64,000 nt of DNA, taken from assembly GCA_016782645.1 (NCBI GenBank), contig JADHYC010000002.1, positions 20,324 through 84,323 on the forward strand, read 5' to 3'. The translations under genes and the position numbers were made by a program. Every line of letters begins with the position of its first letter. Position 1 is the stretch's first letter. The notes below the pieces were generated by a model that had not been told where the DNA came from, did no database searches, and saw only the letters and a list, made by a program, of their open reading frames with translations. Below are positions 29,699-38,630 of the stretch, one piece after another. The stretch is from Fidelibacterota bacterium (lineage in GTDB: Bacteria > Fidelibacterota > UBA2242).

Positions 29699-29740
29699 AA
29701 GGTGCAAATATATTGAATTCAGATGTAAGGTGCAAATATA
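29699..29740 (+). repeat. 14-bp direct repeat AAGGTGCAAATATA x2
   Basis: Exact copies at 29699-29712 and 29727-29740. Confidence 0.85.
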
Positions 29741-29764
29741 GTTTAACTTATATGAAAGAGAACC

Positions 29765-32700
29765 ATGAGACTTAAAAAACTAACTTTTTTGATAGTGCTT
29801 TTTCTGGTTTATTTTGGTTTTGTCGGGTCTAATTTTGCTCAGCTTAGAGAACCAACAATTTTTCCATTTAAGCAAAAGGATATAACATTGGTCAGGACGG
29901 CAGGGGGTTTTAATTTTGATAATGATGATTATTTTGATATTGTCGGGATTGCATCACTTGTTGACTCCAAAGGCTCTAAAATGCCAAGAACGACATATTT
30001 AGTGCACTTTGAGGAATCTGTTACCGGTGATTTTAATATTCTCTGGAAGTTCAATATTCCAGGTAATGTACACGGTGATTTTACTGATGTTGTGGTTACC
30101 GATATTGACGGTGATGGAATGCAAGAAATTGTAGCCGTAATCAATATTTCCGAGGTGATTTCCGGTAAGTCTCCAAGCTGGTTATACATTTTTGAGTACT
30201 CAGACGGATTTGATACAGAACCTACAGCTACAATGAGCTTAACGGGAAGCCTGCCAGCCTGGCCAAGACCGATATATTTAGACAAAGGTGATATTGATGG
30301 AGATGGTAGAAATGATCTTGTGATTTCATCGAGCGGTCCGGGAAGAGGCGTATCAATTGTTTCATCAGAAGGTGATGTTTTAACCGAGAATTTAGGGTTT
30401 TTGTCGCAATTATTTGCCCCCGAAATATTGCATGGTATTTTACCTTTCCGGGCAGTGGCTGCGGATATTGATACTTTTCCCGGTTGCGAACTGCTTATTT
30501 TTGGTGGTAAGGAAGAATTTAAAACAGATGTATATAGTTTAAATCAGAAGTTAGAACATGTTTTATCTTACGCTTTTACAAATATAGAGAGAGGCGATTT
30601 TGATATTTCTAATATATCAATTGGGGATTTAGATGGCGATGGATTTTCCGAGGTGATCATTCCTCTTAAGAGTGGTGGTGCGCAGCTTTTATGGCGGGAA
30701 GAAGGATGCTTGAGAACAAGTTGTTTATTCCCTGATAATATTAATATTGAGACGTTGTCTATTTTAGATCTTAATTCTAATGGGTTAGACGAAATTATTA
30801 TACATCAACCCGCAACTTCAATAATAACCCAATTTGAATTTGATGTATCAGGTCCTATCTCGGATATTAACTCTTATAGGCAGACCGTCTACGTAAACCC
30901 ACTTTTAGAAAATGTGATTTACATAGATATTGTACCCGTGTTATCTGCTTCGAGTCGGTTTACCGGTTCTATTGTTATTCCGTTTATTCACCCCGATTTT
31001 TACCAACACGGATTGTGTTACTGGCAATTAGAGGATATTGCTCCCCTTGCGGATAGAGGGTTAGTTGAAGAAGTTTTGGAGGAGGTGGATGCAGCTTTAG
31101 CAGTAAAAGATACGTTAAAATTGGAGATTGTGGAACCACCATTTTCTGAGATGGATGCACTTGTTAGCAAATATAGCGGAATAGAGGGAGAAGAAGTTTC
31201 TTTACCCGCTTTACCCACTCAAGAGGGTGTTGTCGCAACTGCTTTTCCACATCGCGAGGTGATTAAACCCGATCTTTTAGTGCATCCGGGAGATAAAGTT
31301 ATACATCCTATACAGATTCCAGGCTTGCCTCTTGATAATTTGAAGGATTTAAATGTAAATGTTGAAACTCCTCCAGGTATGAAGTTTGATCTTGCGAAAA
31401 AATCATTTTCCTGGGTTCCAGTTGACTCACAGCTTGGTCTTCATAAAGTAAAAGCATCGTTTTTTTGGGAAGGCGAGAAGGCGATACAATCTTTTAGTAT
31501 ATATGTTAATTTCCCTCCTAAAATATTGTCGTCCATTCCAATTAGGGATATTATACAAATTGGTGAAACATTCAGATTTCAGTTGGAAATCAGAGATGAC
31601 AATGAGGACGCTTTTATAACTTATAAATTAATCGAATATCCATCTGGAGCGAACATTAATTCTGCTGGTGAAATATTGTGGAAACCGTCTTTTGATCAGG
31701 CGGATTGGCACGATTTCATTGTAGAAGTATCTGACGGATTTGATGCTGATAAAATTGAATTTGCATTATTTGTAAACCACCCGATGAGTATAGAATCTTC
31801 AGCTCCAAACCTAACATTTATCGGCAAAGACTACAGATACAATCCCGTAATCAAAGATAAAAACAAGGGATTTTATGTTTCCAGATACTCTGTTTCCCCA
31901 AGAATTACAGATTGGAAAACTACTGGAATTTATGAGATTAAGATTTTAGATGATAAAATAAGAAGAAATCTGAGTAAAATCGCAACTCGCTATAAGAAAT
32001 CGTTTTTATCTGGATCAATGAAAATTAAATCAAACCCGATTCAGGATGCTTTTGCGGACAAAGGGAAGTTAGTTCTTCTGTATACCCTGGATAAGAAAAG
32101 GCCAATCTCATCTTCCAATCTATTAAGCAAATTTTTTAAAAGTTTAAGTTTGAACATACCGAAACATTCCAAACCGATAAGGTGCTATTTATATAGATAT
32201 AATCTAAAGGAAGCACCCAACGGGATGAAAATGTATCCACAGGGCAAAGTTCGATGGGTACCCAGTCGTTCACAATTTGACTTTCAATCACTTTCATATA
32301 CAGTTTCCGACGGATATTTTTCAGCAGAGGAACATGCACAAATATATGTTAATTGCCCACCTTCAATCGTATCAATCCCGGATACAAATGCAATTGTAAA
32401 CGGTTTATGGCAGTATGAAGTAGAAGTCTCTGATTTAAACACTGACAGTAGAATTAAATATAAACTTACCCAAGCTCCCGAGGGCATGGTAATTTCTACT
32501 AAGGGAGTTATATCCTGGCGACCAACGAACCTTCAGCTTAATGGGCATACGTTCATCGTTAAAGTGTCTGATGGAATGGCGGAAGATATTCAGAAGGGAC
32601 GAGTGTTTGTAAATGTTAAGCCGCGAATATTGTCAATACCCAAACCAGTCGCTCTTACCGGATTGAAATATGAATATCTATTAGATGCCGAGGACCCCAA

Positions 32701-32971
32701 TGGGGATCCAATGGTTTATAAGGCAGTCAGAATTCCAAAATACGCTAAATTTGATCCCGCTACCGGGGAGCTTGTCTGGCAGCCTAAAAAATCGCAGAAA
32801 GGTGTTAATGATATTGTTTTTGAAGTTGTAGACTCGCACGGATGGAGTACAATTCAGGAATTCCAGGTTCATGTTTTTCACAATCCGGGGACGAAAAGAA
32901 TATCATTCATTCGCAGTACGATTATTCTGTTGGCTTTGGTCGGTGTTATTATTGCAGTTCAAATGTTATAA
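29765..32971 (+). CDS. Large surface protein: FG-GAP/VCBS-like repeats + tandem putative Ig (He_PIG/cadherin-like) domains + C-terminal TM
   Basis: Signal peptide; about six DxDGDG-type loops; repeats of type Y.L..AP.GM.I...G.I.W.P; hydrophobic C-terminus. Confidence 0.8.
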   Translation: MRLKKLTFLIVLFLVYFGFVGSNFAQLREPTIFPFKQKDITLVRTAGGFNFDNDDYFDIVGIASLVDSKGSKMPRTTYLVHFEESVTGDFNILWKFNIPGNVHGDFTDVVVTDIDGDGMQEIVAVINISEVISGKSPSWLYIFEYSDGFDTEPTATMSLTGSLPAWPRPIYLDKGDIDGDGRNDLVISSSGPGRGVSIVSSEGDVLTENLGFLSQLFAPEILHGILPFRAVAADIDTFPGCELLIFGGKEEFKTDVYSLNQKLEHVLSYAFTNIERGDFDISNISIGDLDGDGFSEVIIPLKSGGAQLLWREEGCLRTSCLFPDNINIETLSILDLNSNGLDEIIIHQPATSIITQFEFDVSGPISDINSYRQTVYVNPLLENVIYIDIVPVLSASSRFTGSIVIPFIHPDFYQHGLCYWQLEDIAPLADRGLVEEVLEEVDAALAVKDTLKLEIVEPPFSEMDALVSKYSGIEGEEVSLPALPTQEGVVATAFPHREVIKPDLLVHPGDKVIHPIQIPGLPLDNLKDLNVNVETPPGMKFDLAKKSFSWVPVDSQLGLHKVKASFFWEGEKAIQSFSIYVNFPPKILSSIPIRDIIQIGETFRFQLEIRDDNEDAFITYKLIEYPSGANINSAGEILWKPSFDQADWHDFIVEVSDGFDADKIEFALFVNHPMSIESSAPNLTFIGKDYRYNPVIKDKNKGFYVSRYSVSPRITDWKTTGIYEIKILDDKIRRNLSKIATRYKKSFLSGSMKIKSNPIQDAFADKGKLVLLYTLDKKRPISSSNLLSKFFKSLSLNIPKHSKPIRCYLYRYNLKEAPNGMKMYPQGKVRWVPSRSQFDFQSLSYTVSDGYFSAEEHAQIYVNCPPSIVSIPDTNAIVNGLWQYEVEVSDLNTDSRIKYKLTQAPEGMVISTKGVISWRPTNLQLNGHTFIVKVSDGMAEDIQKGRVFVNVKPRILSIPKPVALTGLKYEYLLDAEDPNGDPMVYKAVRIPKYAKFDPATGELVWQPKKSQKGVNDIVFEVVDSHGWSTIQEFQVHVFHNPGTKRISFIRSTIILLALVGVIIAVQML

Positions 32972-33326
32972 ACCTGAAAGGTTTTACTATTAAAGTTAAT
33001 TCATTTGATCTGTACGCCGATAGGCAGGTCTATCTGTAGATTGAGTAAATGCTGTGTTAATTTATTTTGGATTTTTTGAAAATTTTTCTTTAGTATTTTT
33101 TACTGGAACTTCTTTCATCCACAGTATTTATTCCCGTTTACCCAATACGCTATTCGATATCTTAAATATACTCCTCCTTTTTATGAGGGAAAGTGAAAAA
33201 TAGACATCAATATGTTATTAACAAGAATTAGTACGTCCATTGAATTAATAAAACAGTACGATGCCGAATTAGAAATTAACACCAAATATAAAGGTGCTTT
33301 TTTAAATTGAAAGTCACAAAATTGAA

Positions 33327-34703
33327 TTGAAAAAAATGTATAAGACCAAAATCCTAATAGCCGATGACGAACCAGATGTATGCAAGTTTCTGGAAGATAT
33401 TTTAAGTGATGAGGGCTACATATTGAATTCAGTCTATAATGGTGAAGCGGCAGTTGAAAAATTCAGTCAAGATTTCTATGATCTTGTATTGTTAGACATC
33501 GGAATGCCGGGAATGAATGGAATACAGGTTTTGAGAAAGTTAAAAAAGTTAGACTCTAATGTCACTGTGATAATGGTGACTGCTTTAGTTGAAGTCGAGA
33601 CCGTGGTGGAAGCAATGAAGTTGGGGGCAGAAAACTACATTGTGAAGCCCTTTAGGGATATTGTTTTAATTAAAACGGCTATTCAAAGTGCTCTTAAAAT
33701 TAAAGAAATTAAAGATGAGAATAAGTACCTCAAAAGCTGTCTGAATTTCCGGTATGTAGGTAAACATATCGTCGGAAATTGTCCAAAGATGCGGGAACTA
33801 TATTCAATGATTGAAAAGGTAGCGCCTCTATTAACCACAATTTTACTAATTGGGGAGACTGGCACAGGAAAAGAGCTGATTGCACGGGCTATACATGACC
33901 TTAGTCTCTGTAAAGGCGAAAAGTTTGTTAGTATTAATTGTGGTGGAATTCCTGAGACTCTGCTAGAATCTACTCTCTTCGGGTATGAAAAAGGTGCTTT
34001 TACAGGAGCATATAAAAGGACAAAAGGAGTTTTTGAAGAAGCTGACGGAGGAACGCTTTTTTTAGATGAAATCGGAGAGACAAGTCACGCATTGCAGGTA
34101 AAGCTTCTTAGAGTATTACAGGACAATAAATTTCAACGCGTTGGAGGAACAGAAGAGGTAAGCGTAGATGTCCGCATTATATCGGCAACGAACAAAGATC
34201 TTGCTACGGAAGTAAAAAACAAGAAGTTTAGGGAAGACCTGTATTATAGAATCAATGTTATTACACTTTTTATACCTCCTCTGCATGAGCGAATAGATGA
34301 TATTCCCCTGTTGGTTAAATTTTTCGTGGATAAACACTCTTCATCTAATAAAAAAGACGTAAATGGTTTCGATCAGGAATCCATTAAAATTATGAAGAAG
34401 TATCCCTGGCCTGGAAATATTCGTGAATTGGAAAATGTAGTAGAACGAGCTGTTGCACTCGCAGAAAACCCCATAATATCTAAAAACGAACTTCCGGATG
34501 TTTTAAAAAGAGAATTGATTTTAGACGTTGACCGTAAGTCTCTAAAGCCTTTTGCCGTAGCAAAGCAACAGTTCGAAAAAAGATATCTGTCTATTATCTT
34601 AGAACGTAATAATTGGAATGTCACGAAAGCTGCAGCCGAATCAGGCATTCCTCGCCAAAACGTATATTTAAAAATAAAAAAATACCAAATAAATAAATCC
34701 TGA
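33327..34703 (+). CDS. Sigma54-dependent response regulator (NtrC/AtoC family)
   Basis: Receiver (IADDEP, LLDIGMP, KP), AAA+ GETGTGKE, intact GAFTGA, FLDEIGE, WPGNIRELEN, Fis-type HTH. Confidence 0.95.
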   Translation: MKKMYKTKILIADDEPDVCKFLEDILSDEGYILNSVYNGEAAVEKFSQDFYDLVLLDIGMPGMNGIQVLRKLKKLDSNVTVIMVTALVEVETVVEAMKLGAENYIVKPFRDIVLIKTAIQSALKIKEIKDENKYLKSCLNFRYVGKHIVGNCPKMRELYSMIEKVAPLLTTILLIGETGTGKELIARAIHDLSLCKGEKFVSINCGGIPETLLESTLFGYEKGAFTGAYKRTKGVFEEADGGTLFLDEIGETSHALQVKLLRVLQDNKFQRVGGTEEVSVDVRIISATNKDLATEVKNKKFREDLYYRINVITLFIPPLHERIDDIPLLVKFFVDKHSSSNKKDVNGFDQESIKIMKKYPWPGNIRELENVVERAVALAENPIISKNELPDVLKRELILDVDRKSLKPFAVAKQQFEKRYLSIILERNNWNVTKAAAESGIPRQNVYLKIKKYQINKS

Positions 34704-34714
34704 CCTTTAAAACA

Positions 34715-34732
34715 TGTAACAAATTTGTTACA
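34715..34732. promoter_or_regulatory. Perfect 18-bp palindrome TGTAACAAATTTGTTACA (candidate enhancer site 1)
   Basis: Exact dyad, TGT-N12-ACA. Confidence 0.6.
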
Positions 34733-34790
34733 CGTATAATTTTTGTGATAATTGTAAATCTAAAGAGATCGCAATTATTATTGTATTGGT

Positions 34791-34808
34791 TGTCATAATA
34801 ATATGACA
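34791..34808. promoter_or_regulatory. 18-bp palindrome TGTCATAATAATATGACA (candidate enhancer site 2)
   Basis: 8 of 9 dyad pairs, TGT-N12-ACA. Confidence 0.55.
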
Positions 34809-34896
34809 TAATTATAAAAACGAATCCCTTTAATATAGACATACTAACATTATTATAAATAGCAGTTTATGTATTTTATATTATAGTGCCATTTTC

Positions 34897-34913
34897 TTGG
34901 TATATAGTTTGAA
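34897..34913 (+). promoter_or_regulatory. Possible sigma54 -24/-12 promoter (imperfect)
   Basis: TTGGTATATAGTTTGAA: GG-N10-GA instead of GG-N10-GC. Confidence 0.3.
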
Positions 34914-34947
34914 ATAGTACAATTTGGATGTTTTAAGAAAGGTGATC

Positions 34948-35169
34948 ATGTTCGATACGGTAAAAATAACTGCGACCTGTCCCTTTTGTTCAAAAACACA
35001 CGCATATGTTCCCTTTGAATATGAAGGTGAATATTTAGTCTGTAAATCATGTGGAAGTATTATCAATCTAAATGATGTCTTCACAAAATTAAATCCAAGA
35101 AGCCAGACAATCCTCAAACAAAATTACATAACCAAACATTTCCTGCGTAAATCCGATATAGAGGAATGA
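34948..35169 (+). CDS. Small Zn-ribbon protein (CPFC...CKSC)
   Basis: Two CxxC motifs; AAGGTG SD before ATG 34948 (track starts at TTG 34924). Confidence 0.7.
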   Translation: MFDTVKITATCPFCSKTHAYVPFEYEGEYLVCKSCGSIINLNDVFTKLNPRSQTILKQNYITKHFLRKSDIEE

Positions 35170-35213
35170 TTCTATAAGGGGTATATACATTTCAAAGGCA
35201 AAGGCTTTAAATA

Positions 35214-36848
35214 GTGTTTAAAATTAAAAATAAGACGCAAAATATCGGTAACAATTTAAAAGTTAAAGACGGACTAATAGGCAAAAGCATTGAAAAAAAT
35301 TCTTTAGAAAGGCGTATCGAAAAATTTGTTCGAATTGCAGAAATTCCAAAGACAGATCTTAATAGTCTTGGATTTATAGATCCTAACACTGTATCGTTAA
35401 TTCCTGAAGAAGTAGCAAGGCGGTTTGCGGTAGTAGCTATCTGTCAAAAAGATAGTCAGATATCTGTTGTAATGTCGAATCCTTTTGATCCGATTGCAAT
35501 TGATACAATTAAAGCCATAACTAGGTATAAATTAGACATCTCTTACGCTTCCCACAATCAAATAGTAGAAGAGATAGAAAAAGTGTACGCCCAGAAAGCA
35601 AATATAGAAGAAAGCATGAAGGAGCTTGTTGACTTTGAGGTCGAGGAAGAAAAGGAGGAAGAAGATGAAGAGTTACTGCGAATTCAAGCGGAAGATGCCC
35701 CTGCGATAAGATTTGTCAATTTGTTGCTTCTTCAGGCTGTTCAAGATAGAGCTAGCGACATTCACATTGAACCACAGGAAAAGGAACTAAAAATTCGACT
35801 TCGGGTTGACGGTATCCTGAGGGAAATAACACCTCCACCTAAGAGAATGCAATCCGGAATAATTTCACGGATAAAAATTTTAGGTAATTTAGATATTGCT
35901 GAACGTAGAGTTCCCCAGGATGGTAGAACGAAAATCAAGATTATGGGGCGACAGATCGATATTAGAATATCCACACTTCCTATAATTTATGGCGAAAAAG
36001 TAGTAATGAGAATCCTGGATAAAGGTAGTGTCTCTTTAAATATTGACGATATCGGTTTCGAACCTCAACTGATGCAGAAATTTAAAGAAATATTGACCCA
36101 GGCTCATGGTATGATTCTGGTTACCGGTCCAACAGGTAGTGGTAAAACAACAACGCTTTACTCTTCATTGAACTTTGTTAATTCACCGGATAAAAACATT
36201 ATCACTGTCGAGGATCCGGTTGAGTATAGATTGAAAGGTATAAACCAGATACAAGCTCGTCCAAAGGTTGGGCTTACTTTTGCTGCTGGTTTGAGGTCTA
36301 TTCTTCGTCAAGATCCCGACATTGTGATGGTCGGAGAAATTCGAGATAAAGAGACAGCAGAAATTGCGATACAGGCTGCTCTTACCGGTCATTTAGTCTT
36401 ATCAACCCTTCATACCAATGACGCTGTTGCAACAATTATCCGATTGCTCAATATGGGCATTGATAAATATTTAATCTGTTCCTCCCTTTCTCTTGTTATT
36501 GCTCAGAGGCTTGCAAGACGAACATGTCTTCATTGCAGAGATCAATATACGCCAGATATAGATATCCAAAATAGGCTTAAATCACTGGGAGTTGATCAAA
36601 AGGAGATAACCTTCTACAAGGGTAAAGGATGCGATCATTGTGCGGGTTCAGGCTTTTGGGGAAGGGTCGCAGTTTATGAATTTTTTCTCTTATACAAAGA
36701 GATCAAAGAAATGATTATCAGTGATGCCTCAGAAGATGAAATGAGACAAAAAGGGCAGGAATTGGGCATGGAATCATTGTTACAAAATGGTTTAAAAAAA
36801 GTAAGAGAGGGCTTAACAACCATTGATGAAGTATTAAGGATTGTATGA
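35214..36848 (+). CDS. pilB: Type IV filament assembly ATPase (PilB/GspE)
   Basis: T2SSE_N domain, RASDIHIEP, ERRVPQDGR, GPTGSGKTTTL, LRQDPDIVMVGEIRD, tetracysteine CLHC...CDHC. Confidence 0.95.
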   Translation: MFKIKNKTQNIGNNLKVKDGLIGKSIEKNSLERRIEKFVRIAEIPKTDLNSLGFIDPNTVSLIPEEVARRFAVVAICQKDSQISVVMSNPFDPIAIDTIKAITRYKLDISYASHNQIVEEIEKVYAQKANIEESMKELVDFEVEEEKEEEDEELLRIQAEDAPAIRFVNLLLLQAVQDRASDIHIEPQEKELKIRLRVDGILREITPPPKRMQSGIISRIKILGNLDIAERRVPQDGRTKIKIMGRQIDIRISTLPIIYGEKVVMRILDKGSVSLNIDDIGFEPQLMQKFKEILTQAHGMILVTGPTGSGKTTTLYSSLNFVNSPDKNIITVEDPVEYRLKGINQIQARPKVGLTFAAGLRSILRQDPDIVMVGEIRDKETAEIAIQAALTGHLVLSTLHTNDAVATIIRLLNMGIDKYLICSSLSLVIAQRLARRTCLHCRDQYTPDIDIQNRLKSLGVDQKEITFYKGKGCDHCAGSGFWGRVAVYEFFLLYKEIKEMIISDASEDEMRQKGQELGMESLLQNGLKKVREGLTTIDEVLRIV

Positions 36849-36849
36849 T

Positions 36850-38082
36850 ATGGCTCAATTCAATTATATCGCGGTTGATTCAAATGGGAAAAAGATAAAA
36901 GGTTCTTCAGAAGCTGAAAACTCTTTTACTTTAGCCGCCCGGCTTAGAAAACAGTCTATCACTATCATATCAGCCGAACGTATAGAAGAAAAGCGAATTA
37001 AGAAGGATAAAAAACCCGGTAACTCTTTTTTTTCTCTAACAAAAAGAATAACGACTGAAGACCTTGTAATTTTCTACCGGCAGCTATCAACAATGGTTGA
37101 CGCCGGAGTGCAGTTAGTGGATAGCCTTGATGTTTTAGCCGATCAAGCGGGGAACCCTACATTCCAGAAGGTGCTTAAGGATGTAAAACGAAATATAGAA
37201 GCCGGAGAGAGTTTTTCGTCGGCATTAGCCCGTTATTCTCATATCTTCCCGGTTCTCGGGATTTCAATGATCAAAGCCGCAGAGATAGGCGGAAACCTCG
37301 GTAATATTCTCAGCCAATTAGCGACTTACGTCGAGGATAAGGATAAAATAGATAAGAAGATAAAATCGGCGACGTCCTATCCCCGGTTTATTTTGATATT
37401 CTTTGGTCTGGTTCTTTCCGGGGTTGTATTTGGATTGATACCAAAATTTAAAGACATCTTTGAATCTTTCGGAGCCGATTTACCGGGTATCACTCTGGTG
37501 ATGATTGCCATAAGTGATTTTGCGAAAAATAACATTCTCTATGAGATCATTTTGATAATAGGATTAATAGCAGGATTTAAAGTATTCGCTCGCAGCGATC
37601 GGGGACGCCACTTTATTGACGGCATGAAATTTAAAATCCCTGTTTTCGGAAAAATGGCAGTGAAATCCACTATAGCCCGCTTCTGCAAAACTTTGGGTAC
37701 ATTGACCAAAAACAGCGTACAGCTGGTGGACGCTCTTATTATTTCTGCGGAAACGGCTAATAATGTTGTCATTCAGGAAATCGTGGAAGATGTGAAGAAG
37801 AATGTAACCGGTGGAGCATCTCTTGCCGGATCGATGCAAAATCACGCAATCTTTCCGGTTATGATGGTTAAAATGATAGCGGTGGGAGAACAGTCCGGCG
37901 CTATGGAAATCATGCTGGAAAAGGTCTCTGAGTTTTACGACAGGCAGTTTAACTCTTCAATTGACGGTCTTACCTCAATTATAGAGCCGGTGTTAATGAT
38001 CGGACTCGGAGCTATAGCGCTGATTGTAGTTCTTGCCGTGTATCTCCCCATTTTCCAAATGTCGGGAATGATTGGTGGGTAG
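36850..38082 (+). CDS. pilC: Type IV filament platform protein (PilC/GspF)
   Basis: MAQFNYIAVD start, FYRQLSTMVDAGV, two T2SSF repeats, AVGEQSGAME, IEPVLMI...YLPIFQM. Confidence 0.95.
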   Translation: MAQFNYIAVDSNGKKIKGSSEAENSFTLAARLRKQSITIISAERIEEKRIKKDKKPGNSFFSLTKRITTEDLVIFYRQLSTMVDAGVQLVDSLDVLADQAGNPTFQKVLKDVKRNIEAGESFSSALARYSHIFPVLGISMIKAAEIGGNLGNILSQLATYVEDKDKIDKKIKSATSYPRFILIFFGLVLSGVVFGLIPKFKDIFESFGADLPGITLVMIAISDFAKNNILYEIILIIGLIAGFKVFARSDRGRHFIDGMKFKIPVFGKMAVKSTIARFCKTLGTLTKNSVQLVDALIISAETANNVVIQEIVEDVKKNVTGGASLAGSMQNHAIFPVMMVKMIAVGEQSGAMEIMLEKVSEFYDRQFNSSIDGLTSIIEPVLMIGLGAIALIVVLAVYLPIFQMSGMIGG

Positions 38083-38090
38083 TGTCGAAT

Positions 38091-38129
38091 AAGCCTTCCG
38101 GGGAATAAAAATCATCCTCCGGAAGGCTT
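38091..38129 (+). terminator. Strong hairpin between pilC and the major pilin
   Basis: AAGCCTTCCGG...CCGGAAGGCTT, perfect 11-bp stem; no clear U-tract. Confidence 0.6.
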
Positions 38130-38193
38130 GAAAATTGAGTTAAACAAATCGACTTCAAAAAATTCATGAAGTTGAAAAAAGGAGGAAAGTAAA

Positions 38194-38604
38194 ATGAAGA
38201 AATTCTTCAGAAACCAAAAAGGTTTCACCCTTGTCGAGTTGATGATTGTCATCGTCATCGTTGGTATATTGGCTGCGGTAGCCGTGCCTATCTACACAGC
38301 CAATATCAGAAAAGCGAAAATGTCGGAATGCGACGCCGCGCTCGGAACTGTCCGAACGGCGCTGCGGGTCTATTATGCGACTGCCGATCCGATACCTAAA
38401 TATCCTACAGCGGCAGCAGGCACTCAAGTATCTGCTGTTAGTGGTTTGGATATCGATGCAGCCGACCTGGCTGGAAAATATTTCATCGCCACCAATTACA
38501 CTCTGACTTCCGCAGACACATTCTACACGATTAAATGCGACAATGCTTTACTAACTACTCCTCGCGAGCTTAATGAAATAGGCGTTTTCAGTGGCGGTTT
38601 ATAA
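38194..38604 (+). CDS. pilA: Major type IV pilin
   Basis: Class III signal KG|FTLVELMIVIVIVGILAAVAVP; strong AGGAGG SD. Confidence 0.92.
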   Translation: MKKFFRNQKGFTLVELMIVIVIVGILAAVAVPIYTANIRKAKMSECDAALGTVRTALRVYYATADPIPKYPTAAAGTQVSAVSGLDIDAADLAGKYFIATNYTLTSADTFYTIKCDNALLTTPRELNEIGVFSGGL

Positions 38605-38630
38605 CAGGTGATTACAAAAGAGGGGGCAAC

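Noticed and set aside
38194-38604. Major pilin as a conductive e-pilin
   Set aside because: Aromatics are 11/126 (8.7%) at 1, 24, 50, 51, 60 and later positions, with Asn at position 27; this falls short of the usual criteria.
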